This document shows positions 48,783 to 59,759 of a stretch of 64,000 nt of DNA, piece by piece. The first letter of the stretch is position 1; each line of letters starts with the position of its first letter. Origin of the DNA: Nitrospiria bacterium (GTDB taxonomy: Bacteria > Nitrospirota > Nitrospiria > JACQBZ01). The notes under the pieces were generated by a model. It was not told the origin of the DNA. It saw only the letters and a program-made list of their open reading frames with translations, and searched no databases. The DNA lies in contig DATKAN010000043.1 of assembly GCA_035498035.1 (NCBI GenBank), positions 23,639 through 87,638 of the forward strand, given 5' to 3'. A program made the translations under genes and the position numbers.

Positions 48783-48980
48783 CCCGGTTCCTCCGTCATG
48801 ATACTGTTGATGAAAAACCAGTTTAACCCATTGATCCCATTAAAATAAGTATAGCAGATGAACAAAAATGGCCTGGGTGGAAGGAAATGACTTCCTGAGT
48901 GCCTTCAAGAACCGTAACCTATGGTAAGTATTGAATGCGGGACCTGGACCCTGTTAAAATCCAGGCGTGGAGGGGGTCCC

Positions 48981-50111
48981 ATGATCTATGATACGATCAT
49001 CATAGGTACCGGTCCGGCCGGCTCCGCAGCAGCGTTTGAATTGGCCCGCAGGGGCTGCCGCGTGCTCGCCCTGGAGAAGAAGCGCCATCCCCGCTACAAG
49101 GTCTGCGGCGGGGGACTTTCTGTACGGCTCGATAATCTGCTCGGCCGACATTACCATACCGTCATAGAGAAGACCGTCACGCGGATGACAATCACCTGCG
49201 GCGGCGCAGCGTCCTTTGAAGTTTCATTTGATGCGCCGCTGGCGTATATGAGCATGCGGAGCCGACTCGACGCCCATTTAATCCGACAGGCACAGACAGC
49301 GGGATGCGACCTTCGCGAGGACGAAGCGGCCACCGGATTCGAGACCTTGAGAAATTCGGTGGTGGTTAGAACCCCGCTCGGAGAATACGAAGCCCTTACC
49401 GTCATCGGAGCGGATGGAGCGCCCAGCCGGGTGGCGAAGACGCTTTTCCCGATGAATGCCCTTCCTTTCGGCATCGCGCTGGAAGGCGAAGCGGCCGCGT
49501 CGGCCGGTGGGTCCTGGTCCGATGACGGATTGCTCATCGATGTCGGCATCATCCGGGGAGGGTATGCCTGGATCTTTCCCAAGTCGGAGCATCTTTCAAG
49601 CGGCGTGGCCACTTTCCGTCGGGAACGGCAGGATCTCCGTCTTCTTTACGGTCAATGGGTGCAGGGCCAACCCAGGCTTCCATCTCCGGACCGGCAGCAG
49701 ATCGTCGGCCACCTCATCCCGCGCTTCTCTCCCAAAGCCGGATCCTTGGCGGGAAACCGCGCCCTCCTGATCGGCGACGCGGCCGGTCTGGTGGACCCGT
49801 TGCTGGGAGAGGGAATCTATTATGGGGTCTGGAGCGGCCGCTTGGCGGCCGATGCGGTCGCAGGCTTCTTGAAGGGAAAGACGCCGCTGGCCCGCTATGA
49901 AGAGAGGGTCCGAAACGAAATCCATCCCGAACTCCGGGTCGCTTCCAGAATTGCCGGGGTCGTTTATCGTTTGCCCCGTTTCTTTTTCAATTTAACGGCC
50001 CGGCATCCCGAATGGCTGAAAGGGTACGGAAAGGTTCTCCAGGGCCGATTGACCTATCAAGATCTTTGGAGACGAGGGCTGGATCCAAGACGCTGGTTCC
50101 CCGTCGCATAA
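48981..50111 (+). CDS. FAD-dependent oxidoreductase, geranylgeranyl reductase family
   Basis: N-terminal DTIIIGTGPAGSAAAFELARRG FAD-binding motif and GG-reductase-like core; ATG at 48981 with GGAGGGGG SD. Confidence 0.7.
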   Translation: MIYDTIIIGTGPAGSAAAFELARRGCRVLALEKKRHPRYKVCGGGLSVRLDNLLGRHYHTVIEKTVTRMTITCGGAASFEVSFDAPLAYMSMRSRLDAHLIRQAQTAGCDLREDEAATGFETLRNSVVVRTPLGEYEALTVIGADGAPSRVAKTLFPMNALPFGIALEGEAAASAGGSWSDDGLLIDVGIIRGGYAWIFPKSEHLSSGVATFRRERQDLRLLYGQWVQGQPRLPSPDRQQIVGHLIPRFSPKAGSLAGNRALLIGDAAGLVDPLLGEGIYYGVWSGRLAADAVAGFLKGKTPLARYEERVRNEIHPELRVASRIAGVVYRLPRFFFNLTARHPEWLKGYGKVLQGRLTYQDLWRRGLDPRRWFPVA

Positions 50112-50152
50112 TCCGGCCGGGTCGTTTTTTTACCTTTCGGAGGGGAGGAGTC

Positions 50153-50359
50153 GTGAAGAGAAACGTCGGGGGTCTTGATCGTCTTTTCCGGCTGGCCGTC
50201 GGTTTCGCATCGGCCGCGTTTTCCTTCGCGACCGAAGACACGGCGCTCCGCCTGCTCTTGGGACTCGTCGCCGTTCTCGGAATCGGGACAAGCCTGCTTG
50301 GCTACTGCCCGGTCAACCATTTGTTTGGGATGAACACGGCCGCCAACAAGAGGAAGTAG
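50153..50359 (+). CDS. DUF2892-family small inner-membrane protein (YgaP-like)
   Basis: VKRNVGGLDRLFRLAVG...GYCPVNHLFGM matches the DUF2892 pattern; GTG start with GGAGGGGAGGAG SD. Confidence 0.5.
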   Translation: MKRNVGGLDRLFRLAVGFASAAFSFATEDTALRLLLGLVAVLGIGTSLLGYCPVNHLFGMNTAANKRK

Positions 50360-50430
50360 TTGCTCGCGGGTTTGGCGTGTCAGAGCGGGGATAGACATTT
50401 TGGCCCGGCGCGCAACCACAGGTCCATTAA

Positions 50431-51603
50431 TTAATCCTCCCGGACCGTCGCGGCAAACAACGCGGTCACCGACAAGAGAATAACACCGATCCCCCCGAAT
50501 GCGCCGGTATAACCGGAGAGTCCGATCAAGAAGCCGGTTAGAATTGGTCCGCCGGCATGGCCGATGTCCATGATCGTTCCAAAAACGCCCATCGCGGAGC
50601 CCAGAGACTTCTCCTTGCAAAGATCGGCCACCAGCGCCGAAGTGGACGATCCGATTACGGCTTCTCCAAGACCGAAAATCAACGACAGAAAGAGAAGGCC
50701 GACGAGACCCGCGGTCCAGGGAAGGGAGATCATGACCGCCGCACAGAGGATCTGGCCCGTCAGGATGAGCGGCCGCCGGCCGATGCGATCCGACAGGCGA
50801 CCCATCATCGGCCTGGCCAGGATGGAAGCAATTCCCATTGTGCCGAACAACAGTCCAACCTCTCCTGCGTTAAGTCCGACTTTGATCCCATATAATGGGA
50901 GAAAGGCCATCAGGGCCCCGGAGGCCGTCATCAGAATCCCCTCCATCGCACTGGTCACCAACACCCGACGCTCCCGCCCCACCTCCCGGAGTCCTTGGAG
51001 GAGAGCGGCAAAGGATTCATGCCCCCCCGACGTTTTGGAACGATCCTCCGGCAACTTGAGCATTAAAAACAGGACAATTAGAATCAGGCCGATCACGGCG
51101 CAAACCGCGAAAACTTGCTGGAATCCAAACCAGACCACGAGATATCCCCCCATCATTCGGCCCGACAGCCTTCCGGCTTGGGTGAAGGAGGAATACCAGC
51201 TCAATGCCTCGCCCCTCGCCTCCCGAAACAAATCCACGACGACGGCCATCGCCACCGGTGCGAAGAGCGCCGTGGCCAGGCCATGAAAGGCCCGCAGCAG
51301 AATGAGCGGCCAGACCTGCATAACGCCAAAATAGAAATACGGGGCCAGCACAAAAACCGATAACCCGATGAAGAGCAGCCGACGGCGGCCGATGAGATCC
51401 GACAAGGTCCCGGCCGGCAGCTTCAGCAGGATGCCGGTTAAGGTCGAGGCGCCCACGATCAACCCGATCCCTTCCGGACGAGCCCCGAGCCCCTCCGCAA
51501 AGAGCGGAAGCAGAGGCGATCGGATCAGATCGTAACTCACAAAGGCGAGGAAACCGATGAGGCAGAGCAGTCGAAAAGAAGGGAAGGCGGCATTCGGTAT
51601 CAT
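50431..51603 (-). CDS. MFS transporter
   Basis: 12-TM major facilitator fold with the loop 2-3 motif (GTLSDLIGRRRLL). Confidence 0.8.
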   Translation of the reverse strand: MIPNAAFPSFRLLCLIGFLAFVSYDLIRSPLLPLFAEGLGARPEGIGLIVGASTLTGILLKLPAGTLSDLIGRRRLLFIGLSVFVLAPYFYFGVMQVWPLILLRAFHGLATALFAPVAMAVVVDLFREARGEALSWYSSFTQAGRLSGRMMGGYLVVWFGFQQVFAVCAVIGLILIVLFLMLKLPEDRSKTSGGHESFAALLQGLREVGRERRVLVTSAMEGILMTASGALMAFLPLYGIKVGLNAGEVGLLFGTMGIASILARPMMGRLSDRIGRRPLILTGQILCAAVMISLPWTAGLVGLLFLSLIFGLGEAVIGSSTSALVADLCKEKSLGSAMGVFGTIMDIGHAGGPILTGFLIGLSGYTGAFGGIGVILLSVTALFAATVRED

Positions 51604-51616
51604 GGCGGGTCGGTCT

Positions 51617-52003
51617 TCAGAATCGGATATCGAGTAAGCCGACGGAGGCGATCACCTCGTGGGATGTCGGGCCCCGTGGCGTCGATGTCACCATCGGCGT
51701 CGGAAGTCGGAAGACCAGCCGATGATCGTCGAGCTCAACCAGCGAGCGGTTGATCGTCACGAGTCCGTAGGCGACGCCGATGAATACGCCGATGGCGGCG
51801 CCGTAACTGAGATAGTTGAGATGATCGCCGGGATCGTCTTTGAAAGCCAGGGCCGCACCGCCCACCAGGGCACCGGCCAGTCCGCCGTACAGCCCGTTTT
51901 TGAAGACCGTCTCAAAACTGTTATCCTCCGCAACAGCCCGACCGGGACCCATCCAGCCCGCCAGACACACGAAAAGCAAAGTCGGGATTAACTTTCGCAT
52001 CAC
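51617..52003 (-). CDS. hypothetical small exported protein (Gly-rich, C-terminal Phe)
   Basis: Signal peptide MMRKLIPTLLFVCLAGWMGPGRAVA, glycine-zipper-like segments, terminal ...DIRF. Confidence 0.35.
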   Translation of the reverse strand: MMRKLIPTLLFVCLAGWMGPGRAVAEDNSFETVFKNGLYGGLAGALVGGAALAFKDDPGDHLNYLSYGAAIGVFIGVAYGLVTINRSLVELDDHRLVFRLPTPMVTSTPRGPTSHEVIASVGLLDIRF

Positions 52004-52059
52004 ACCCTCCTTGTTGAATTTGACGCGGCGATCCGCGACCGCCTTATGGATATTGAATG

Positions 52060-52950
52060 CTACGGTTTGAGAAATTCGCGAATCCCCTCTTCAAAATCCT
52101 GCAGTTCCAGGCCGAAATCATGAACGGCATCGGACGGATCACAAACGTTATCCTCCTGAATCATGATCAACTGCTCTCTCGTAATGGGCGGATTGGGCAA
52201 CAGCCATTCCGAGATCAGCGCGCCGGGCTTGACCAAGGGCACGGGAATATGAACGGAGGCCTTTTTTTTATCGAGAACTCGGGCGATGATTTGATAGATC
52301 TGATTATAGGTCAGGCGGCGAGGACCCCCGAGCTCGTAGATCTTTCGATAGCTCAGCGGATTCCCGACGGCCAGCGCAAAACAGGAGGCCACATTTCGGA
52401 CGCTGACCGGCTGAATCCGGGACTCTCCCCGACCGATGACCGGGACGACGGGAGCGGACAGGATGACGCGGGCGAGGAGGTTGATAAATTGATCTCCGGG
52501 TCCGAAAATCGCCGACGGTCGAAAAATCGTCCAGTCGAGGCCGCTCTGGGTCACCGCTTGCTCGGCCCGATACTTGGTTTGATGGTAACGGGCCGGGGCG
52601 TTCGGACGGCTGCCCAACGCGCTCATATGAATGTACCGACGGATCCCGGCCTCCGCCGTCGCCGCGAGAAGATCCTCCGTCCCTTGAACATGAATCCGTT
52701 CGAAGGTCGATCGCCCCTTCTCGAGGATGATCCCCACGAGATGGACCACGGCCTGGCATTCTTTCAGACCGGCCTTCACGGTGCTCGGATCGGTGAGATC
52801 CCCCGGATGGAGTTCGATCGCCGGCGGAAGACATCGCTTCGCCCGCTCGGCATCCCGGACGAGACAGCGGACCTTGTGTCCGACCCCGTGAAGCTGGCGG
52901 ACGACCTCCCGCCCGACGAAGCCCGTGCCGCCGGTCACGAAGATCCTCAT
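52060..52950 (-). CDS. NAD(P)-dependent epimerase/dehydratase-family protein (NmrA/NDUFA9-like)
   Basis: N-terminal Rossmann motif IFVTGGTGFVGREVV and SDR-extended fold; overlaps the ribD stop. Confidence 0.7.
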   Translation of the reverse strand: MRIFVTGGTGFVGREVVRQLHGVGHKVRCLVRDAERAKRCLPPAIELHPGDLTDPSTVKAGLKECQAVVHLVGIILEKGRSTFERIHVQGTEDLLAATAEAGIRRYIHMSALGSRPNAPARYHQTKYRAEQAVTQSGLDWTIFRPSAIFGPGDQFINLLARVILSAPVVPVIGRGESRIQPVSVRNVASCFALAVGNPLSYRKIYELGGPRRLTYNQIYQIIARVLDKKKASVHIPVPLVKPGALISEWLLPNPPITREQLIMIQEDNVCDPSDAVHDFGLELQDFEEGIREFLKP

Positions 52951-54059
52951 AGATACCCCTCCAGCATGAAATCATCGCCGACCCGTTTCAACGCAAGATC
53001 ACGGATCGGAATGCCTTCGCCCGGTTCACCGCCCACCGTTCCGTCAATAACGGGCACGGCATCCGCCCGACCGATGATCTTGGGAGCGACGAACCATACA
53101 AGCTTGTCCACGATGCCGGACCGAAAGACCGAAGCGTTCAACTCGCCGCCTCCTTCGACCAAAACGCTGGCGACCCCCATGTCGCCGAGCCGGCTCATCA
53201 GGTCCGGGAGGCTGACCCGGCCGGCATGATCCTTGATGACCCAGACCGTCGCCCCGGCTTGCTCGAGGGCCCGTATCTTGCCGGGATGCGCGCGACGCGT
53301 CGTCGCGATGATCGTCTTGGCCCTGGATTTCTGCGTCAATAGACGAGCCGTGTGAGGAATCTTCAATGTGCTGTCGACAACGACCCGATGCGCGTCCCGG
53401 CCTTTCATGGTTGAAAGTCGTGTGGTCAGCCGGGGATCATCCGTCAACACGGTCTGGATCCCAAGCAGGATGGCGTCCGAGCGGTCCCGGAGGCGATGGG
53501 CCTCCAGTCTAGCCTGCTCACCCGTAATCCAAGTTGTCGAGCCTCTTGAGGTTGATATTTTCCCATCAAGACTCATCGCGGTCTTTGAGATCACGAACGG
53601 CCTGCCGGTCGTCACGTACTTGACATAGACCTCGTTGAGCCGGAGCGCTTCCCGCTTAAAAACCTCTTGGGAAACTTCGACACCGGAACGACGAAGAAGT
53701 GCGATTCCCTTCCCGTTCACGCGCGGATTGGGATCCCGCATCGCCACCACGATGCGTCGGATCCGGCTCTTGATAATGAGGGGGGCGCACGGCGGGGTGC
53801 GTTTGTCGAGATGACAACAGGGCTCGAGGTTAAGGTAAAGCGTGGCGCCTTTGGCCCGGCGGCCGGCCCTTTTCAAGGCCACGGCCTCGGCGTGGGGTCC
53901 GCCCGCCCGACGGTGATACCCTTCGGCGATGATCCGGCCGGATTTGACCACGACGGCACCGACCATCGGATTCGGGCTCGTCCGGCCCCGTCCCCTTTCG
54001 GCCAGCTCCAACGCCCGCCGGATGTAGACTTCGTCCGTAGTATCGGAATTTTTTGACAT
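52947..54059 (-). CDS. ribD: bifunctional diaminohydroxyphosphoribosylaminopyrimidine deaminase / 5-amino-6-(5-phosphoribosylamino)uracil reductase
   Basis: CMP/dCMP deaminase zinc motifs (HAE...PCCH...C) and C-terminal RibD reductase domain. Confidence 0.85.
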   Translation of the reverse strand: MSKNSDTTDEVYIRRALELAERGRGRTSPNPMVGAVVVKSGRIIAEGYHRRAGGPHAEAVALKRAGRRAKGATLYLNLEPCCHLDKRTPPCAPLIIKSRIRRIVVAMRDPNPRVNGKGIALLRRSGVEVSQEVFKREALRLNEVYVKYVTTGRPFVISKTAMSLDGKISTSRGSTTWITGEQARLEAHRLRDRSDAILLGIQTVLTDDPRLTTRLSTMKGRDAHRVVVDSTLKIPHTARLLTQKSRAKTIIATTRRAHPGKIRALEQAGATVWVIKDHAGRVSLPDLMSRLGDMGVASVLVEGGGELNASVFRSGIVDKLVWFVAPKIIGRADAVPVIDGTVGGEPGEGIPIRDLALKRVGDDFMLEGYL

Positions 54060-54211
54060 GGCCTGACCATGTTATAAGGGAAGGGACTTAAAGAGTCAAG
54101 AAACTTAAATCCTGGCCCGTTGAATGCTCACCCGGGGAACATGAACGATATCCACCATGGGGTGGAAGAAACGAAACGTCGGTCATTTGGCGGGATTGAG
54201 TCGTGTTAATT

Positions 54212-57055
54212 TCAGATGTCCTTCTCACCCTTCCGTTTCTTATTGTTCAAGACCGCATGCGCGGCCGCGAGGCGCGCGATCGGGACGCGGTAGGGCGAGC
54301 AGCTCACGTAGTCCAGGCCGATCCGATGGCAGAACTCGATCGAGGCCGGATCTCCCCCGTGCTCGCCGCAGATCCCGAGCTTGATGTCCTTCCGTGTGTT
54401 TCTTCCGTCCCAGGTCGCCCGCCGCATCAAATAGCCGACGCCCTCTTGGTCCAGAGTGGCGAAGGGATCGAACTCGATGATGTTGGCGGGCGACTCCGTA
54501 ATGACAAATCCGCAGGTACGACAGGTGTTCGTTTTTTTGTCCACGTCGGAGCCGTGGCAGTTCGGGCAGAGATCGGCCGTCGTCATATAAAACTGGATGA
54601 ACTTGGCCGCGTCGTCCCGGGAAAAACCATAGGTCGTCTGGGTCATGTCGTTCGTCCCGAACGAGAAGAACTCGGCCTCCTTCGCAATCTCACCGGCCGT
54701 CACGGCCGCGCGGGGAAGCTCGATCATCGTGCCGACGAGGTATTTGAGCCGTACGCCGTATTGCTTGATGACCTCCTCCGCGGTTTTCCGAACCAGGTCC
54801 TTTTGCGCCTTCATTTCGGTCAGCATCCCGACCAGCGGGACCATAATCTCCGGCACGATCTTTTTCCCCTCGCGCGCGATCTCGCAGGCCGCCTCCATGA
54901 TCGCGCGGACCTGCATCCGGGTGATCTCGGGCATCGTAATTCCCAACCGGCATCCCCGCAGGCCCAGCATGGGATTAAACTCGTGCAGCTCCTCGACCCG
55001 CGCGAGGAGTCTCCGCTTCTCCTCCAGCAACCCGGCTTGAGGTTCCGGCATAACCTGATCCCCGTTCGATGTCTCCAGCCGGGCGATCTCGACCATCAAT
55101 TCCTCGCGCTTGGGGAGAAATTCATGCAGCGGAGGATCCAGCAGCCGGATGGTAACGGGATAACCCTGCATCTCGCGATACAGGCCGAGAAAGTCTGTTT
55201 TTTGAAGCGGAAGGAGCTTGTTCAGATATTGTTCCCGTTCCTCGCGGGTCCGGGAAAGGATCATTTTCTGCATGATCGGGATGCGGTCCTCGGCAAAAAA
55301 CATGTGCTCCGTACGGCACAGTCCGATACCCTCCGCGCCGAAACCTCTTGCGATAGCGGCCTGGTCCGGGATATCGGCATTGGCCCGAATGCGGAGCCGC
55401 CGGACCCTGTCGGCCCAGCTCAGAATCGTGGCGAAGTACCGGAACTTCTGTGACTGTTGCGACTTCATCTTCCCCTGAATGACCTGGATCACTTCGGAGG
55501 ACACGACGGGCAAATCCTGCGCATAGACCTGGCCGGTGAAACCGTTGATCGAGAGATAGTCCCCTTCTTTCAGTGCGACCGGGCCGATCTTGACCATTCG
55601 CTGTGGCTCTTTGACCTCGACCGCTTCACAACCCGCCACGCAGACTTTTCCCATCTGCCGCGCCACGACGGCCGCATGGGAAGTCATGCCGCCTTTGGCC
55701 GTGAGAAATCCCATCGCCGCATCCATCCCTTGAATGTCGTCGGGGCTGGTCTCGCGCCGGACCAGGATCACGCGCTCCCCGTTCGCGCGCATTTCCACCG
55801 CCTTGTCCGGGGTCAGGGCAATCTTCCCGGCCGCCGCACCGGGTCCTGCCGGCAATCCCTTGCCGACCGAACGGGCGGCCGATTCGGCTTTGGAATCAAA
55901 GATCGGATAAAGATACTGGGCGATCTGGTCCGGCGAGACGCGAAGAATGGCCTCTTCCTTCGTGATTCGCTTCTCCTTGACCATATCCACCGCGATCTTG
56001 ACGGCCGCCAACCCGGTGCGTTTACCGACGCGGGTCTGGAGCATATAGAGCTTTCCTTCCTGGATGGTGAACTCCAGGTCCAGCATGTCCCGGTAATGGC
56101 GCTCCAATTTCTTGAAAACGTCCAACAGCTCGCGATAGGCGGTTGGAACCGTTTGGGCCAGGCCTTCGATGGGCAACGGCGTCCGGATCCCGGCCACGAC
56201 ATCCTCCCCCTGTGCGTTCATCAGGCATTCCCCGAAAAACCGCCGTTCACCGTTTGAAGGATCTCGCGTAAACGCTACGCCCGTTCCGCTGGTGTCCCCC
56301 ATGTTCCCAAAGACCATCGCGACGATATTGACCGCAGTGCCCCAGCTGTCCGGGATCCCCTGAAGTCGGCGGTAGGTCACCGCGCGGGCCCCGAACCATG
56401 AATTAAAAACGGCATTGATCGCCATCTTGAGTTGCTCGAAAGGGTCTTCCGGAAATTCGCGGCCGGTCTCCTGCTTCACCAGTTTCTTGTACTGGGCCAC
56501 AAGGAATTTCATTTCCTCCTCGCCCAGGTCGGTGTCCAGCTTGGCCCCCCTGCGCTTCTTGACCTCGTCTAAAAGGTGCTCGAACCGATCGCGCTTCAGT
56601 TCCATGACAATGCTTCCGAACATCGTTATAAAACGGCGATAGGCATCGTAGGCAAAGCGTTCGTTCCCGGTTTTCCGGATAATTCCCTTGAGGGTCTGCT
56701 CGTTTATTCCCAGGTTGAGCACCGTGTCCATCATCCCCGGCATCGATGCCTTGGCCCCCGACCGGACCGAAACCAGCAACGGCCGCTCGGAATCGCCCAA
56801 GGTCATGCCCATCGCCCGTTCGACACTTTTTAAATGGTGCAGGGCCTCCTCCCACATTCCTCTGGGGAAGCGCTTTCCATTGTTAAAATACTCAACGCAG
56901 GCCTCGGTGGTGATCGTGAAACCGGCCGGCACCGGGATTTTCAATCGGGTCATCTCGGCCAGGCCGGCGCCTTTTCCTCCGAGAAGGTCTTTCATATCGC
57001 CGCGCCCCTCGGCCTTGCCGCCCCCGAAATAATAGACATATTTTTTCTGTTTCAC
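54212..57055 (-). CDS. ppdK: pyruvate, phosphate dikinase
   Basis: 947 aa; PPDK N-terminus (KYVYYFGGGKAEGRGDMKDLLGGKGAGLAEM), phospho-histidine domain (GGMTSHAAVVAR), PEP-utilizing C-terminal domain. Confidence 0.9.
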   Translation of the reverse strand: MKQKKYVYYFGGGKAEGRGDMKDLLGGKGAGLAEMTRLKIPVPAGFTITTEACVEYFNNGKRFPRGMWEEALHHLKSVERAMGMTLGDSERPLLVSVRSGAKASMPGMMDTVLNLGINEQTLKGIIRKTGNERFAYDAYRRFITMFGSIVMELKRDRFEHLLDEVKKRRGAKLDTDLGEEEMKFLVAQYKKLVKQETGREFPEDPFEQLKMAINAVFNSWFGARAVTYRRLQGIPDSWGTAVNIVAMVFGNMGDTSGTGVAFTRDPSNGERRFFGECLMNAQGEDVVAGIRTPLPIEGLAQTVPTAYRELLDVFKKLERHYRDMLDLEFTIQEGKLYMLQTRVGKRTGLAAVKIAVDMVKEKRITKEEAILRVSPDQIAQYLYPIFDSKAESAARSVGKGLPAGPGAAAGKIALTPDKAVEMRANGERVILVRRETSPDDIQGMDAAMGFLTAKGGMTSHAAVVARQMGKVCVAGCEAVEVKEPQRMVKIGPVALKEGDYLSINGFTGQVYAQDLPVVSSEVIQVIQGKMKSQQSQKFRYFATILSWADRVRRLRIRANADIPDQAAIARGFGAEGIGLCRTEHMFFAEDRIPIMQKMILSRTREEREQYLNKLLPLQKTDFLGLYREMQGYPVTIRLLDPPLHEFLPKREELMVEIARLETSNGDQVMPEPQAGLLEEKRRLLARVEELHEFNPMLGLRGCRLGITMPEITRMQVRAIMEAACEIAREGKKIVPEIMVPLVGMLTEMKAQKDLVRKTAEEVIKQYGVRLKYLVGTMIELPRAAVTAGEIAKEAEFFSFGTNDMTQTTYGFSRDDAAKFIQFYMTTADLCPNCHGSDVDKKTNTCRTCGFVITESPANIIEFDPFATLDQEGVGYLMRRATWDGRNTRKDIKLGICGEHGGDPASIEFCHRIGLDYVSCSPYRVPIARLAAAHAVLNNKKRKGEKDI

Positions 57056-57094
57056 AGACGCCTCCGATTGTAGGGGCTTGCGTCGCCCCTCGGA

Positions 57095-57580
57095 CTATTC
57101 CCTTATCGATTCCGCAAGGCCAAGCCGGACCCGCCGTGTCTCAATCAAATTTTTCTGTACCCGTTTTCCAATGACGATCAGAGACGCCAGAAATAGGATC
57201 GTTCCGATCAATGCAAAATTCATCCTCCATTTATGTTGCGAATGAATCTTGCCGTCTTTATCTTTCACAATCTCCACGTCGGTCAGAACCAATTTGTGGG
57301 TGTTTCCGCTCGTGTCGCTCGGATCAAGCCATTCCACACAGAATTGGGCGCGATCTTTTTCTCCAACGGTTGTCTCCAACCAGGCTGTATTTACGCATAT
57401 AGACCTTCCGGGCATAAAATATTTTCCTCGCCCCTCCAAATCATCGAGATCCACCCCGGCGAATCGAAGCCCGCCCATGAAGAGCAGGCCCCCGATGAAC
57501 ACGAGCCCCCACGTCACACGGCGGGCATAAATCATCAACTCCAGCCGTCGTCGCTCGTCGTCTGCCGGGGGAGCCGACAT
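57095..57580 (-). CDS. hypothetical membrane protein
   Basis: 161-aa ORF with N- and C-terminal hydrophobic helices, adjacent to glyS on the same strand. Confidence 0.4.
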   Translation of the reverse strand: MSAPPADDERRRLELMIYARRVTWGLVFIGGLLFMGGLRFAGVDLDDLEGRGKYFMPGRSICVNTAWLETTVGEKDRAQFCVEWLDPSDTSGNTHKLVLTDVEIVKDKDGKIHSQHKWRMNFALIGTILFLASLIVIGKRVQKNLIETRRVRLGLAESIRE

Positions 57581-57581
57581 C

Positions 57582-59759
57582 TTAGTCCTGCTTTTGAGGT
57601 TTTATCTCTTTTTTGTTTTGTTCTTCCACCGTGACCCGAGTGAAATCGCCGAATCGGGAAAAAAGCTCTGTGATCCCTTGCAAAAGAGCCAGCCGGTTCT
57701 TCTGGACTTCGGGATCCTTATCCATCACCATGACCGCGTTGAAAAAATTATCGATCGGCCGACGGAGCAACGAGAGCACTTGCAGAACCTGCAGGTAATC
57801 TCGTTTCATCATTAATCCGCCCACCTGCTTTTCTGCCCCGAGAAAGCTTTGGTACAGATCCTTCTCCACCGGCTCTTTAAACGTCTCCGGATGCACCGTC
57901 CCCTTGAATCCGGCGGGTTGAATTCGTGAGGCCCTTTTGAAGGCCACGATCAGCGGATCAAAGTCCGGCTGATTGTGAATCGCCCTCAACGCAGCAAAAC
58001 GCTTATACAAATCAAGCGGCTCATCAAAAGGACGACAGAGCACCGCATCGGCCAAGTCTGCGCGATATCCTCCCGTCAGGTTTCGAGACTGGCGATTTAA
58101 AAAGGTCTCCATCCGCTGGACCATGAAGGGCTGAAGCGCCGCAACGATCGCGCGGGCGTCCCTCGTCAATCGGATACTGTGAGATTGATACAGTCCGACT
58201 GCCTTCTCAACCGCCTTGGCGAAAGAAAATCCCTTGAAGGTTTCATCCAGCAGGACATGGACCAGCCCGAGCCCTTGCCGGCGGAGGGCATAGGGATCCA
58301 TGGAACCGCTGGGCGGCAAATCCACGCCGAAAAAGCCGACGAGTGTGTCCAGCCTGTCGGCCACCGTCAAATACTTTCCAGTCAGAGTCTTCGGCGGGTT
58401 CTGATCCTCTGCGTTCCGCGGAAAATAATGCTCCGCGATCGCCTCCGCCACCTCGGGATCCTCCCCCTGGATCCGAGCGTACTCTCGGCCCACGATACCC
58501 TGCAAGCTGGGAAACTCCCGCACCATTCCGGTTAAAAGATCCGCCTTGCAAAGAAGGGCCGCTTTTTCAACACGGCTCATCTCCTGCTCGCCTCTTCCAG
58601 ACTCGCGCAGCAAGGCCCCAGCCAGCTCTTTAATCCGCTCCGCTTTCTTTTGAACGCTGCCGAGCTTCTGATGAAAGACTATCCCGCCGAGTTGTCCAGC
58701 CCGTTCATTCAGCGTTTGCTTTTTGTCCTGCTCGAAATAAAACCGGGCATCCTCCAACCGGGCCCGGATTACGCGCTCGTTTCCGGCTCGAACGAGGCCG
58801 GAATCCTTGGATCTCACATTGCTGACGAAGAGGAAATATGGAAGGAGCGTTCCATTCATTTTTGTTATGGGGAAGTAACCCTGGTGTTCTTTCATAACCG
58901 TTATAGGAACTTCAGGTGGGAGATCGAGATACTTTTTGTCAAAGCCCCCGAGCATCACGACCGGCTCCTCAGTGAGAAAGACCGCCTGTGAGAGCAGGTC
59001 GGGATCTTCCGCAAGGCAGCCTCTTTTATGCTGTGTAAACTTCACGAGGCCCTGCCGAATCATCTGCTCGCGTTCGGCCGGGTCCAGGATCACGTGATGT
59101 CGTTTTAGATCTCGACAATAGCCGTCCCAACTTTTCACTGGGAAGGATCGATTCGCCATAAAGCGATGGCCCCAGGATCGGTTGCCGCTGGGGAGCCCCG
59201 CCAGATGAAAGGGAACCACTCGACCGTCGAGCAGGGCCAGGATCCGTCGTATGGGACGGGCGAAGCGTACACCCTGTCCGTTCCATCGCATCATTTTCGG
59301 AAATCCCAAGGACAGAATCAATTCGGGCAGGAGACCTTTCAATATTCGACTCGAGGGCAGACTCGGCTGCTTTTGAACAACGCTTACGTAGTCCCCTTTT
59401 TCGGTTTTTTTGATCCTCAGGGTTTCAACCGAAACACCTTGAGCCTTTGCAAAACCGATCGCGGCCGCAGTGGGGCGCCCCTCCGCATCGTAAGCCGCCG
59501 ACCGGGGCGGGCCGGTCACCTCCGTGACTTGGGTCGTCTGATGCGTCGGGACCCCCGTCGCGCGGACGACAAGGCGTCGCGGGGTGGCAAATGTCTCAAC
59601 ACGCTCGGCAGGGATTCTTGCATCGGAAAGCATCCGGGCGGCCTTCTCCTTCAACTCGATTAGCGCCGGAGGGAGAACTCTTGAGGGGATCTCCTCCGTT
59701 CCAATCTCAAGCAGCAACTCGCCGCCGCGGCTATCGGTCTGAGTGGCGGTCCGCTTCAT
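57582..59759 (-). CDS. glyS: glycine--tRNA ligase beta subunit
   Basis: 725 aa with GlyS family motifs ([15 protein letters not shown]...); overlaps the glyQ stop. Confidence 0.9.
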   Translation of the reverse strand: MKRTATQTDSRGGELLLEIGTEEIPSRVLPPALIELKEKAARMLSDARIPAERVETFATPRRLVVRATGVPTHQTTQVTEVTGPPRSAAYDAEGRPTAAAIGFAKAQGVSVETLRIKKTEKGDYVSVVQKQPSLPSSRILKGLLPELILSLGFPKMMRWNGQGVRFARPIRRILALLDGRVVPFHLAGLPSGNRSWGHRFMANRSFPVKSWDGYCRDLKRHHVILDPAEREQMIRQGLVKFTQHKRGCLAEDPDLLSQAVFLTEEPVVMLGGFDKKYLDLPPEVPITVMKEHQGYFPITKMNGTLLPYFLFVSNVRSKDSGLVRAGNERVIRARLEDARFYFEQDKKQTLNERAGQLGGIVFHQKLGSVQKKAERIKELAGALLRESGRGEQEMSRVEKAALLCKADLLTGMVREFPSLQGIVGREYARIQGEDPEVAEAIAEHYFPRNAEDQNPPKTLTGKYLTVADRLDTLVGFFGVDLPPSGSMDPYALRRQGLGLVHVLLDETFKGFSFAKAVEKAVGLYQSHSIRLTRDARAIVAALQPFMVQRMETFLNRQSRNLTGGYRADLADAVLCRPFDEPLDLYKRFAALRAIHNQPDFDPLIVAFKRASRIQPAGFKGTVHPETFKEPVEKDLYQSFLGAEKQVGGLMMKRDYLQVLQVLSLLRRPIDNFFNAVMVMDKDPEVQKNRLALLQGITELFSRFGDFTRVTVEEQNKKEIKPQKQD

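Noticed and set aside
54060-54211. Possible FMN riboswitch upstream of ribD
   Set aside because: Read on the minus strand, the leader lacks the conserved FMN-element core (the GGGGCAGGGTGAAATTCCC-type segment) and is too short.
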